Below are positions 26,286-38,450 of a DNA stretch of 64,000 nt, one piece after another (the first letter of the stretch is position 1; each line of letters starts with the position of its first letter). This DNA comes from Malacoraja senta (taxonomy: Eukaryota), in the NCBI GenBank assembly GCA_038087875.1, contig CM075988.1:14262001-14326000 (forward strand), in the 5' to 3' direction. The notes under the pieces were generated by a model that saw only the letters and a list, made by a program, of their open reading frames with translations, ran no database searches and was not told the origin of the DNA. The position numbers and the translations under genes were made by a program.

Positions 26286-27035
26286 TAATCTATTGTCCTA
26301 TAACTATAAGTACAGACGACAAGTAGAGCCAGGCATAGAAGAAGTATTCACTTTTGAATCTGTAACAAAATGAACCACAAGACTGGTATTCAATTTAAGC
26401 AGGGAACTGTTGACAAATCAACTGAATTGTTAATCTGAACACAATCCAGCTAAATGACTTAATTTACTGTGATGCAGCAAAGCTCTTGCCAATCCATGGG
26501 CCTAACCTCTTGCCAGTTTCCCTCACTGTTACTTAAATGCCAATAACACCCAGCTTCGAGGGAGGGACAGCTGCATCAAATAGTCAATTGCTGCCCCAGA
26601 TAACTTTGTGAATGGTCCCTTACCTTTGGCTTCACCATTGAAACCCACTAAACATTGAACAGTAGCCGCAGTTGTGGTCTGAACTAATCCACTGCAGCAG
26701 GCTCATCCATCATTTAATGTGTATTATTCTTTTAACAAAATGATCTATGTCAGTTACCTCCAATTAACATAGTCCTTCAAGTGTTAAATGCTGTCAGAAA
26801 TTTTAAAAAGCTCAAATTAAATATTTACAATCAGGGTCTGCCTGCGTGCCTTTTCTTTTCTTTCCTTTAAAACAATCTTCCTTTCTCTCTCTTCATTTTC
26901 TTTCAGCTTTGATATTGGCCGTTATTTAACATTGAACTCACCAGCTCCAACTTGCATTCCCTTGTTGACATCACAAATTCCATTTTTGGGATATAAATAG
27001 TCTTTGCCATGCACATTCAGATCTCGAAAGCCTTA

Positions 27036-27640
27036 AGGCTCTGTCTTACCTGTTTGCGGTCATCGGCGGTGAAGCGCGGCGTCGCCGGTAGCGAGGACCG
27101 CGCGGCAACGGCGAGAGCGTCGAGCCTATCCACCGGAGTGCCGCACGGATGCTGCGCGTGGGCCGAGTTAATTCAAACACGGCGGGTCCCACTTGCTTGC
27201 GGTAAGTAAAAAAAAGGGCGGGCCGACTGCGATGACGTCGGCCCGCCGCACGTGACTCACCAGCGGCGGCTGTGGTGGCGGCCATCCTGATCACGGCGCT
27301 GTAGCGGTGGCTGTGCCTGCGGCCGTGCAGCACACGTGCCTCACTGGCGGTGGCACGTGCCTCACTGGCGGAGGCTGTGGCAGTGGAGGTTTGACGCATG
27401 GCGCTCGAGCCACACTGGCGGCGGCCCGTGCGGGCGGCCGTGCCGCACTTGTGCATCACTGGTGGAGGTTGTGCGGTGAGTATATGGTTTTCGACATTGT
27501 CGATTTTATTTTAGCACCGCGCGGTGTTGGGAACACCGCCGCACGGCCCGGGAATTGTACGTTCTCACGAGTGCGCGGTCTATGGCGGCAGATTCTTCCC
27601 GTTTCGCCGCCAATGACCGCAGACTCGTGAGACAGGCCTT
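27036..27640. mobile_element. GC-rich Harbinger-like MITE with extended imperfect TIRs
   Basis: AGGCTCTGTCTTAC..TGCGGTCATCGGCGGTGAA is inverted to TTCGCCGCCAATGACCGCA..GTGAGACAGGCCTT. TTA TSD on both sides. Confidence 0.72.
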
Positions 27641-27719
27641 TTACTTTTCCTGCTATGTCATCAACGACTTGCACTCATGGCAATGTGCAAAATCAATGAC
27701 GTTAATAAAACTACAAGTC

Positions 27720-28047
27720 AGAACCTTCTTCTCAGGGTGGAAATGTCCAACACAGACAGCATAGCGATAGTGTGAGAGGGGAAAAGTATAATGGAGAAGT
27801 GCGGGGCAGCTTTTTTTACACAGAGAGTAGTGGGAGCCTGGTATGCATTGCCAGGGGTGGTGGTGATGAAGGCAGATATGATAGTGGCATTTAAGAGGCT
27901 TTTAGATAGGTACCTGGAAGTGCTGGGAATAGCGGGATATGGACCATGTACGGGTAGACAAGATCAGTTCAACTAGGGATCACATCCGGCACAAACATTG
28001 TGGGCCGAAGGGCCTTTTTCCATGCTGTATTGCTCTACGTTCTATGT
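27720..28047 (+). mobile_element. CR1 3' fragment
   Basis: FFTQRVVGAWYALP..FKRLLDRY, then gggccgaagggcct tail. Confidence 0.75.
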
Positions 28048-29409
28048 TAAAACTCCAAACTGAGAGCAGACACTACTACATCTTAAGCCATGGTGACCCG
28101 CCATGGTGTTGTGCAAGCATACTGAGATAATCAGCAAAGAGCAGATGGCTTGGAATTTTGTTTCTGTCACCAGATTAACAAGCACAATTTTTATTTACTG
28201 TGCAGACTTTAATGAGCCTCGGTATAGACACATCTTATATTATGAAGCAGATGCTTTGTGAACTACTTGGTAGAACTTTCAGTACAGTGATTTTCATCTT
28301 ATTCTGTGGTAATTGTTCATATTTAGCTGATGTACATACAGTCAAGGTATTTCAACGCCATAATCCTTCACAACCTCAAACCATGCCAACCTTTTTCATT
28401 TAAGCATGAAACGGTTTGTATCGCTGCCCTTCATACTGAATTATGCCATCTGACTTTGCTTTATTAGTCACATCTTTGAGGAGGTCACGTGAGACTATGG
28501 AGAAGATTGCGGAGTGAAGCTTAATCTAACTGGATTCCACTGCAATGTAATCAACAGAAAATTGGGAAATCATATAAGTCTGAGGATTATAAAGTATGGC
28601 TTATATTAATAGGATTGGGGCAATTCAGATGTTGCAGAAAGCAATTTTGTCAATACAGTAAACCAAACAGTACTGGTGCTGAGTGTTTCTTACCTTGTTG
28701 CTGTCTGTTTACTGATATAGGGCTGACTATGAATTATTTTAATAATAGGCAAAAAAACTTATTGTTTTATAGTATTTAATTTAAGTTTTTTTTCCTTCAT
28801 CCTTTCACCTAACTGCTGAAATCTTTATTTAGCAATCTTTAAAACAACTCAAGTATTATCTTCCATGATGTAACTGCACCTAAAGTGTTACACTTATGTG
28901 TTAGCACCAGTGTGTGAGAATACAATACTGGAGAACTATGAGAAAGTTTAGTGGACAATAGATTTGCATTCACTTGAGTAAAGAAGATGAATGAGTGATC
29001 TAATTGCGATGTTTAAGACGATTAAAGAGATGATAGTACAACAACAGGATTCAAAAGTAGGAGCCAGACTGTTCAAGCAGCTACCAGGGAGTATCCCTTC
29101 ACTTGAAGAATGGATGAACAATCACATGGCAATTTTGTACAATGTTGATCCTTTTAACTAAACAAGGACATACATAGAAAGGGAGCGCAATAAAAAATTA
29201 TCAAACTGGTTTGGGGTTTGCTTGAATATTATTAAAGAAGAGGTTGGTCCTCTGTTCATCAGCGTTTAGAAAAATGAGACATGACCTTTCTGAAACAAAC
29301 CAATTAAATACAGGGCGAATACAGAGAGAATAATTCCTCTGCCTAAAGATTCTCAAACCAAGGATCACTGTAAAAATAAGATATCAAATAAGATCAAAAT
29401 AAGAAATAG

Positions 29410-29697
29410 ATCCATCGCCCATTTACACTGATCCTGCTTTAATCCCTTTATTTTAATCCTCCCCACATTCTAATCCGTTCCTCCCACTGCCTTCCAAACT
29501 CTCCCTCACCCCTTTAGGTTTCACTATTCACTTTCACACAAGGGCCAATTTACCCGCCAACCAGCTCACCCATGGAACGTGGGAAGAGCACCCGCAGTAA
29601 ACCCACATGATCACAGGAAGAACGTGCAGATTCCGCACTAATAGCATCCGGGGTGAGGACTGAACATGTGTCTCTGGCGCTGTGAGGCAGCATCCGC
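29410..29697 (-). mobile_element. Diverged V-SINE
   Basis: gtgggaagagcacccgcagtaaaccca..ctggcgctgtgaggcagc. Confidence 0.6.
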
Positions 29698-30759
29698 ATT
29701 TTGTTTATTATTCATGTTAGTTTATTAGTTTATTATCGTCACCTATACCGAGGTAGTGAAAGGCTTTTTGTGGCTTGCTGTTCAGTCAGCAAAAAGACCA
29801 AACATGATGACAATCAAGCCTTCCACTGTGTACAGATAACATTCCGTGCAAGATATAGTCCAGTAAAGTCTGTTTAAAGATAGTCCGAGGGTCTCCAATG
29901 AGGTAGATGGTAGGTCAGGACTGCTCGGTAGCCTCCCAATGACGGGTGAATAACAGAGGACCACAGAGGAGGATGACTGAACTTTGGTGCCTTCCCTCAC
30001 AGTGGGAGACTCTGATTCCGCTGTGTGGGGATGTCTACGTTAAAGACTATCGTGTTTTGTGCTCTTTTTTTATTTGTATGACTGTATGGTGACCACAAAT
30101 TTCACTGTAACAATTGGTGCATGTGACAATAAATGTCTCTTGTCTCTCTAGTTGGTGCTAAGATGGTTTATTTGCCTGAATCAGCGGTTGTTTCAATTTG
30201 CTTCGATGAAGGAGCTGCATTCCTTTCCACAAAGCTCATCTGGTGGATGAACAGATCTGATCAATTTCATGATCAGAGGCATTCATTGCAGTGTGGTGAT
30301 ACTGTGCCCTATGAAAGCACAGTGTGTCCAAACCCAATGCACTGCACTCATCACAACACTGTTGCACAGTGTAATGTTTAGCTGTAACTGCTCAGAATTG
30401 CGTCTCGTGACATGGTGGTTTCTTTTCTTCTCCTGAACTCAGCTGGTGAAATTGCCACTTGCAAGAAAAGGCTTTCTGCTCATTGATCTGGAAGGGAAGA
30501 CTGTGCAGTGAAGGAACATGTTACTAAAAATCTGCCCTACACAGGTCAAGCTACTAAGTGTTATGATGAAGAAAGACTCACAGCAGCTGGAGAATACCCA
30601 TTTAAATTTTACATGAACCATCACTACTTGCTGCTTCTAAAATGAGATTTTATAACCTGATTAGCATTTTCAATATCAAACAATATTTCCCCTGCACAGG
30701 TTCATCTGAAACAATGGCAATATTCTCTGTCCCTGATTTGTGTATTGGTCTTTATAACT

Positions 30760-30863
30760 TATTTTTTTAATTCTGATTATATGTTTCCTATAAATCTCTG
30801 TAAGGTGTCCTTGAGACCTCGGTATAAGGCGCCCGTAAATAAAATTCATTATTATTATTATTA
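30760..30863 (+). mobile_element. L2-type LINE/SINE 3' tail
   Basis: tgtaaggtgtccttgag..aaggcgcc..aataaa followed by (TTA)n. Confidence 0.6.
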
Positions 30864-30904
30864 AATGGATGGACTGAATTTCAATGAGGAAGATAGATTC
30901 TGGT

Positions 30905-30972
30905 CGGAATTCCATTCCTTCTCTCCAGAGATGCTGCCTGTCCCACTGAGTTAACTCCAGCATTTTGTGTCC
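30905..30972 (+). mobile_element. Short Penelope-tail insertion
   Basis: Same tail sequence. 14-bp duplication AGATAGATTCTGGT at 30891-30904 / 30973-30986. Confidence 0.75.
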
Positions 30973-31177
30973 AGATAGATTCTGGTGTCATTTTGTCAAT
31001 TTAACTGTACAGTGAACACAGTAAACTGTGAAACAACGTGACAAATGCTTACACCAAGATTACTGGCCATTGGCCAGGGCTTATACTTGCCACAGCAGGT
31101 GCCTAAATGAATAGGGAGAATACCAGCCATTTATATAAAATGTCAAATGATTTCCATTATAACACTTACTGCAAAAT

Positions 31178-31685
31178 AACAGACTTGCATTTATATGCAG
31201 AACTGCCTCTTACGATCTTAGCTTATCAAAGCCCTTTTGCAGTGGTGAAGTACAGTCGCAGTTGTAATGCAGTGGACGCAGCAGCCATTTTATGAGATGC
31301 CACATGTGATATGAATATTAGATGTTGGCCCGGACACCAGGAATACATCTTCCTATTCTCCGCTGATAAAGTGCCTTTCTGGCCAACCTGAGAGGGCAGG
31401 GCAGGCCTTGCTTCAACACATTACCCAAAAGATCCTTGCGACAACATTGTGGAAGAATTGAACACTGAGAATCCAGGGTGCTCTGGTCAGCGTTTATCCC
31501 TTGATGAATATTACGAAAAGCCTTTTATTCGGTCCCAATCACTACAAAATGAATGTGTGGGATCCTGTTGCTTATAGGTTATTGGTTATTGTGTTTCTTA
31601 TATTGAAACAACAATGGTATTTCAGAATTGCTCTATTGGCTTTGTAATGACCCGAGGCTATGAAAAGTACAATATAAAAGTATTT
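31178..31685. mobile_element. Two oppositely oriented DeuSINE (SacSINE1/AmnSINE1-like) remnants
   Basis: Minus-strand copy: gacttgcatttatat..gttggcccggacaccagg..cctgagagggcag..caaaaga. Plus-strand copy 31470-31685: cagcgtttatccc..tgtgggatc..attggct..gaggctatgaaaagtacaatataaa. Confidence 0.55.
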
Positions 31686-32223
31686 ATACAATTGTAAAGT
31701 CAATATTAAACTCAGGAAGATTCAACATTGTGCTGGTACTAATTCAAGAGGCTTTTCTCTAGATTTCTATCGATGCAAGGCTATGACCTACACTATTGAA
31801 GAGAGCAAGGGAGTGTCAGTAGCCTAAGGACAGGGTTAATTATACACAGGGAACTCTGCTCACTACTTTTGTTTCTAGCAGGTGGAATACGTTTAAAAGC
31901 AGAACATTAACTTGTGAGATAATAAACAACTGAAAAATACGAGACAGTTCCGAAAATGCTCAATGCAATGAGCATCTTCAAAATTGTCTAGTATTTTGCT
32001 GTTATTAAATATCTTTTAACACCCAAAAAAAAGGCCTGCATTTGTTTACTGTGAAATATATCACCTTTGGCGTTATTCTTCACAACTAGTCCCAATCCCA
32101 GAAGGGAGATACCTCAGAGTAATTATTCAGCATTTTGAAATATAATTGTACTTTTGCAAGAATATCAATTTGATCCAAGGGTCCAAATATCTCATAAGGT
32201 GCCCAGCATTGTTAATATTTAGA

Positions 32224-35200
32224 TTTTACTTCGGAGTCACGTGAGTGACTACGTGAAGAACCCCGCCAGTGCACCTGTGTGTCATTATGTCAGACGCATT
32301 GGCGCAAACGGACGTGAGGAGCAGAGCTCCTCTAGTGGAAATGTAGTTGTGAACTACAAGGTAAGTAAAAACTTTTTTCGTAATTTCCGTGCCCGTTGGC
32401 TATGGGTCTGTCGGGATTTTTTCCACAGGCACCATGGAAAAAACGGGCAAGGGGAGGAGGCGAGCGGCACAGCCGGTAGAGAGTCGCGAGATTGCGGTCG
32501 GCGACCAGCCGCCTCTGACCCCGGTACAGTCGCCAGCAGAGAGCGTAGCGACTGTGGATTTGGGGCTGAAATGAATGCAGTCAGCACCAGTCGGGCGCAA
32601 GGCGAAGCCGCAAAGCCGACAGAGAGCCGCGGGAATGCGGTTGGTAAAGGACTGCCTCATACCCCTATAACAGTCGCCGGCTGGGAGCGGGGCGACTGTG
32701 GACTTGTGTATTAAGAAAAAGAACGGAGCCAGCATCAGTTGGGCGCTAGGCAACATGCAAGTCAGGTCCATGGAGCAAGAGTCAGTTTGGGATTCACCTC
32801 CAAGGCTGGATACCACTTTTTGAGTGGATATTCCAAATGGAGAACCTGTACACAGGTTGATCCAACAAGACATACTCCAGGAGGAGTGATGTCAGAGCCA
32901 GGCTCCAGAAGCCAGGTCAGCAGCACCTAGTAAAGGGCTGCTTGATAGCACCCTCATTGATGAGATGCGTGCACAGGGTCAGCAGAGTTTCCAAAACAAG
33001 TGAAGACGGCAGCTGCCAGATGGGCTATTCCTGGCAGTACGATTTGCTGCTCTGTGAGAGTTCTGACCCTGAGTCTGACGGTGAGGCCGATACAAGCGAA
33101 GACGGCAGCTGCCAGATGTTTACTCCTGGCAGTACGATTCGCTGACCCGTCAGAGTCAGGAGAGCCACTGGGAAAGAAAGTGGCCTCTGTGATCAACTAT
33201 TGTGTCTTCCATCAGCTCTAGTAGCTTACGATGGATGAAAATGCCAAAAAAGCACGATATCCCAAGGAACTGCGTATTGCTGAAAGTACTAACAGTGAAC
33301 CAAGATATAAGGGGTCAAATGGGCGAAGGCATGTACGCCTAAGGAAAGTAAACTGCAGAGAATATTGAAGCTGCTGGGTTGATGAACAACTGCAATTTGC
33401 AAAACAATGGATGGAGGCCAGGGATGGAGATGCATCAAGTGGCACTAAGGTTGCTATGTAGCGCCCACTTCGAGATAAATTGTTTCAGGAAGTATGCCAT
33501 TCAGTTCACCATCAACCCAAAGTTGCAGCAACTCTGTAAAGCCCAGCAATGTGCAGTCAGTCAACTTATTCTTCAGAGAAAAAACCTCATGAAACGTGGG
33601 AAAGAGTTGGATGATGAGGCAAAAACAGCAAAGTTGATCACAACATCAATGGTCGTCAAGTCTGCAAAGAGGACGTATCCTTTCAGACATCATACAAAAT
33701 CCTGGACCTACATCAGGATCAAATCGACCATTGAAGCAGGTGCACAGTTGATGTCCTGCAGCAGGAAAACGAAAAAGCGTGGGTTTTGCCTGCCAGGAGC
33801 CAGGGACCACAGGTCACTCAGATGACAAAGGAGGTAGGTGGACCTGATTCTTATGGGAACATAATAAGGCAAAAACAGCCAAATATTGGAAGCAAATTAC
33901 TTCAGTTATTATTCTGAGTATTATAGAAAGGTTTCGAATTGATTCGATTCAAATACTGATTTGCCATCCAGCATGTTCCAAGCAGAACACTCCAATTTCA
34001 CATAAAAATAATTGATGGAGGTTCAAGCTGAATTGAAAACTTGTTTATAAACAAGTAATTGAAAGGTCGGTTTATCAAAACCACCAAATTGTGTTTAAAA
34101 TTTCTCAACCTAAAAAGGTGAGGAGTATTTTAGATCTGACAAGTCTTTAAAATTTTGTGAAGTATAGACACTTCAAAATGGAGACTTTGAGACTGCCAAA
34201 ATTTATTTCAAAAAAGATGTTTTATGGCACATAGATCTGAAAGATGTATATTACTTAGTGTTTGTTCATTTGTAAGATAAAAATATTTAACAATTATCTG
34301 AAGGAACAATTATGGCAATTCAAAGTTCTGTCTAAACGGGTTAACTTCAGTTCCTAGAATTTCACTAAATTGGTAAAACCAATTTGGGGCTAATTAGAGT
34401 CCAAGCACAGATGTGGATGGCTTAATTGGATGATGTCCTAATTAGGACGAACAAGAGAATTAGTGAGTTATCTCTCTCAAATTATTCAAACCACATTTGA
34501 AAGTTGGGTTTAATTCATCCAGACAGGGTAGTAATTTACCCAGGGTAAAGGGTAAAGCTAATTGATGGTTGTATTAAGCGGTTGGAAAAGCAACAATCTT
34601 CAATTAAGACAGGTGGCCAGCTTGTTAGGAGAATTAGTGTTATTTCCAGCAATACAATTTGGGCCATTGTACTACCAGCAGCTGCAGACGGCAAACAAGA
34701 AAAAACACTAAGATGCATGATGGCCATTTTTTGATAGGCCTTGCAGTTAAATAACAAATGCTGCTTCTGATTGCAGTAGTGGATTTAACATGTCTTCAGT
34801 AGTTCAAGCAAGATATGGATTGAACAGCCTTCCATGGTATTAACAGACTGATATCAGTGTACTAGGATTGGTGCCACTGAAAAGGTATCCATCTGTGGAC
34901 AGATGGAATATGGAAGAAGTATTATTTTGCAGACATGGAGAATCAACGTTTTACAGCTATTGGAAGGCTTATGAGCTCCAAGCTTGTTGTTAAATACAAC
35001 TAATCTGCATGTTCAGTTTCAAATTAACAACACTACAGCAATGGCATGTATTAATTGTATGGGTGGAATTTCCATGATAACAAAGAATGGATGTTGAACC
35101 TTAAGATTTTAATGATATAGTAGTCAGATTTGGGAAACCAGATATGACTTGTTTCCATCCAGACTCAATCACCAGTTACAGAGATATGTGTTATGGGACT

Positions 35201-37068
35201 ACATCGGGAGACAGTAGCGATTGATGTTTCTCGCTACATTAGGATGGTATGTTTTTATATGCATTTTACATCATCCTGTCTCATAAACCGGTGTCTGCTT
35301 AAAATGAAGCAGTATGCTGCCTCTGGGGTATTCATGGTACCAGACGGGTCTATGGTTCCCATGGTTCCCTTTGATATTGAAATTTATGACACCGTTTCTG
35401 ATAAATGTTTCCAAAAGAAGGAAGTTACTGGTGTATTCGATAATTGGAGAGTAACATCCGTCATATGCCTGTATGGATCTGTGAATTTGCAGGTTTAAAA
35501 AAAAGAGGATTGTCTGGGCATGCTGTGACCATGCTTACAGCAGTCTGGCGGAAGAGTACTCAAAAGCAGTACATTTGTGAATCTGAGTTGTGACTCTGTA
35601 AATGCTGCTTTCCCGTTATGTAAAGAATGAGGGGAAATTTTCTGTGTATAAAAGAATATGGAATGTTGTACGGCACATGTCTCAAATGTCTTGGATTTAC
35701 CTCTATTTAAGGGGTTGAGTTATAGTGCGATTTATTCAGACAGAAGTATATTATTCCTCGGTACACAAAAATGCTGGAGAAACTCAGCGGGTGCAGCAGC
35801 ATCTATGGAGCGAAGGAAATAGGTAACGTTTCGGGCCGAAACCCTTCTTCAGGTATATTATTCCTCGTTTTTTATTGATGAGGTTGGAAAGACATCCTGT
35901 TGAGCCTCGTTCTTTTATTTCCAGATTAATGAAAGGAATGTTAATTCCAGACCTTCTAAACCTAGGAGGGAATCTGGAATATAGAGTTGTTTTGAGCTAC
36001 TTCATCAATGGAGTCTTGGTACGATTCTGATTTGGCCAAGTTCAGCATGAAGGTAGTCATGCTTATGGCACTTGTAACATTACAAAGTTACAGATACACA
36101 GGATGGAAGTACCTCAGGATTATGTTATGTTTTACATTTTATGACCTACTCAAATGAAGTAGGATCAGGTGTGATAGGATTCAAGAGTGTTTTATTAGCA
36201 TATTCTATGGATCCATGTCTATGTTAAGACATATTTGTTGCAATACATTGAGGCTACAAAGGTCTTATGAAATATGAAAACAAGATTGTTTATCATTCAC
36301 TAAAAACCATACAAGATAGTGTCAGTTTAGACTATTTTAAGATGGTTAAAAACAAGTTTTGGTTGCTGCAGGTGTGAACATTGATGGTTTTACATTCCAT
36401 TCAGTTTAGCAGCAACATTGACGACCAGGGCGAAGGACGTCCCATCGACCATATTTTCACAGCCGCTGGGTGATCTAATAAGTTGGTGTTTCAACACTTT
36501 TACCATCGGCCTATTGCCAATACGGGGCTGTTTGCAGATACTATATTAAGTTCTGCTTAAATTTCCCTGGATTAAAGGGGATACTGTTAATTCTTTTATT
36601 CAAATAAATGAATTACTGCATTTGTCATGCAAATGTCATTATTAATGCTTTATTGATTATTTCTCATTCCGAGTCAATCAATGCAGTGAGAAGCCGGGAT
36701 TTGTATCTGCGGCATGAAATCACAAAGCTTTAAAATCTTCACGTAGTCACTCACGTGACTCCAAAGTAAAATAGTAAGATTAAACGAGAACTTACCAGTT
36801 TGAAGTTTGATCTTTATTTTATGAGGAGTTACGTTGGTGATTACGTGCCCACCACGACCCAACCCTCTATCATAAAGGTCAGATGGAAGTTCTTAAATTA
36901 CTCGTTTTATTATGTTACTATATTACTTCGTTTTTGTTTTTTGTGATTTCACACTGCTGCTTTGAAGAAGGCACACTGGCGGGGTTCTTCACGTATTCAC
37001 CAACGTAACTCCTCATAAAAATAAAGATCAAACTTCAAACTGGTAAGTTCTCATTTAATCTTACTATT
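32224..37068 (+). mobile_element. DIRS1-like tyrosine-recombinase retrotransposon, full length, ORFs decayed
   Basis: Left terminus 32223-32271. ICR 36736-36847 is complementary first to the left terminus and then to the right end (36990-37066). Right ITR core 36974-36995 is inverted to 32250-32271. No TSD. Decayed motifs: RT (FVKYRHFKMET, IDLKDVYY, QFKVL, TKLVKP, A*LDDVL, ~34100-34445), RNase H (QINNTTAMACINCMGG), MT-like (DLFPSRLNHQL), YR (GLSYSAI, RLMKGM, ILRWLK..AAGVNIDGFTFHS, IFTAAG*SNK..FQHFYHRPI). Confidence 0.9.
35761..35852 (-). mobile_element. 92-bp Penelope 3' tail insertion inside the DIRS YR region
   Basis: Reverse complement is nearly identical to 13398-13489. 15-bp TSD GTATATTATTCCTCG at 35746-35760 / 35853-35867. 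Confidence 0.9.
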
Positions 37069-37811
37069 ATTCCTCAGTGTGAGTAGCACCTACATGTCTA
37101 TTCAACACATGGTTCCATGGGTTATAACAGCAACTGCATGGGAACTGATTCATTCTGGACATTCCTGGACTGCTGTTGATTAAAACTGGATCACAAATCA
37201 GGTTTTCAAAAAACAAGCACTGATCAGCTAGTTGATACAATGTAATCAAGCACAAGCAACATGAACCAATCCTCCTCCACTGAATTCCTCATTACATATT
37301 TACTGGACGTTCACTAAATCAACCAGACAATTTGAATGTGATAGAAGAAAGATATTAGAAATGAAAGATGTTTAGATTTACTTACGCTTCATAATCTATC
37401 ATTTCATTAATTCAGTGACATCTACAACAGGTTTCATGACAAATAAACTGAGACTGATGTCTGAAATTCCTGAACAGAAAATCCATACCAATAGCCAGTG
37501 TTATCTTTTAAATTGTAATTTAATTGACTGTAATTGACCGGGTGCATAAACCAGGATAATTTACAAATATATATATTTTTATGACAATTATTGATACCTG
37601 CTTATCAACCCAACTGCTGTTTTCATTGCAAAGTTTGGATGTGTCAAATATATACGTAAAATTGAACCAAATCCATGTCAAATGTGACTTATATATGTTC
37701 CTTTTTGGCCTTGCTGAATGTTATTCCCCTACTGGCAAATCATAATGGAGATCTCTTGCAGGACTTGTCATCTGTGGCATATTCTGGCAGGTATAATATG
37801 GTGGTACTCAC

Positions 37812-37958
37812 CATTCACTGTGACATATACCCAGCTGCCATTGTGGAATGTGTCGTATTGCTGGTCCAACATAAGCACCTTACATTCATACCATCCCTGG
37901 TCCTCTGAGTGAAGCTGGTCGATTCGCAACGATGCCTTGTCATATAGACTGGCCCGAC
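37812..37958 (-). CDS. IGSF9B: Internal coding exon (147 bp, phase 1/1) of protein turtle homolog B / IGSF9B, end of Ig domain 1
   Basis: Translates GRASLYDKASLRIDQLHSEDQGWYECKVLMLDQQYDTFHNGSWVYVTVN, closely matching recalled vertebrate IGSF9B (GRASLHDKASLRLEQVRSEDQGWYECKVLMLDQQYDTFHNGSWVHLTIN). Has the Ig D-x-G-x-Y-x-C motif. Acceptor ttttctcattttgtttgtgtAG at 37959-37960, donor GTGAGT at 37806-37811 on the minus strand. Confidence 0.93.
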
Positions 37959-38450
37959 CTACACAAACAAAATGAGAAAAGGTATACATTAACAGGGGAA
38001 ATTCAGAAAATCCAGAAATTGATGCCAGTCAGTCCTAATTGGCACAGTCACACAGAAGTAGTTCTAATTCTCAGACACAAAACTAATCTCAATGGCAATG
38101 TTGGACATTCTGAAATCAAAGACAGAGATGCAGGAACCTAAAACAAACATTGTAACATTGACATGGATCTATTTTGTATGAGCAGCAGCTGCTTGCTCCG
38201 AGATTACACACAGCCGTGCTGTAGTGTTGGTGACAGACCTTCAGTAGAAGACCACATGAGGGGCCAACCTGGAATAAACAGCTTGGCAGAAAACAGGCAG
38301 TGATTTTAGGCTAAACAGAAGATTTTCTCCATTAAGAATGATTCCCAAAGTTTATTAAAAATTGAAACTACCTTCAAAATGCTTTGAAATTGTTCAGAAC
38401 ACTTGAGATCAGTGGAAAATATACAACCAGACTATTGTGTAATGTCTACT

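Noticed and set aside
27009..27674. CpG island / Ala-Arg-rich ORFs suggesting a promoter or first exon
   Set aside because: Bounded by TIRs and a TTA TSD, so it is explained as a MITE.
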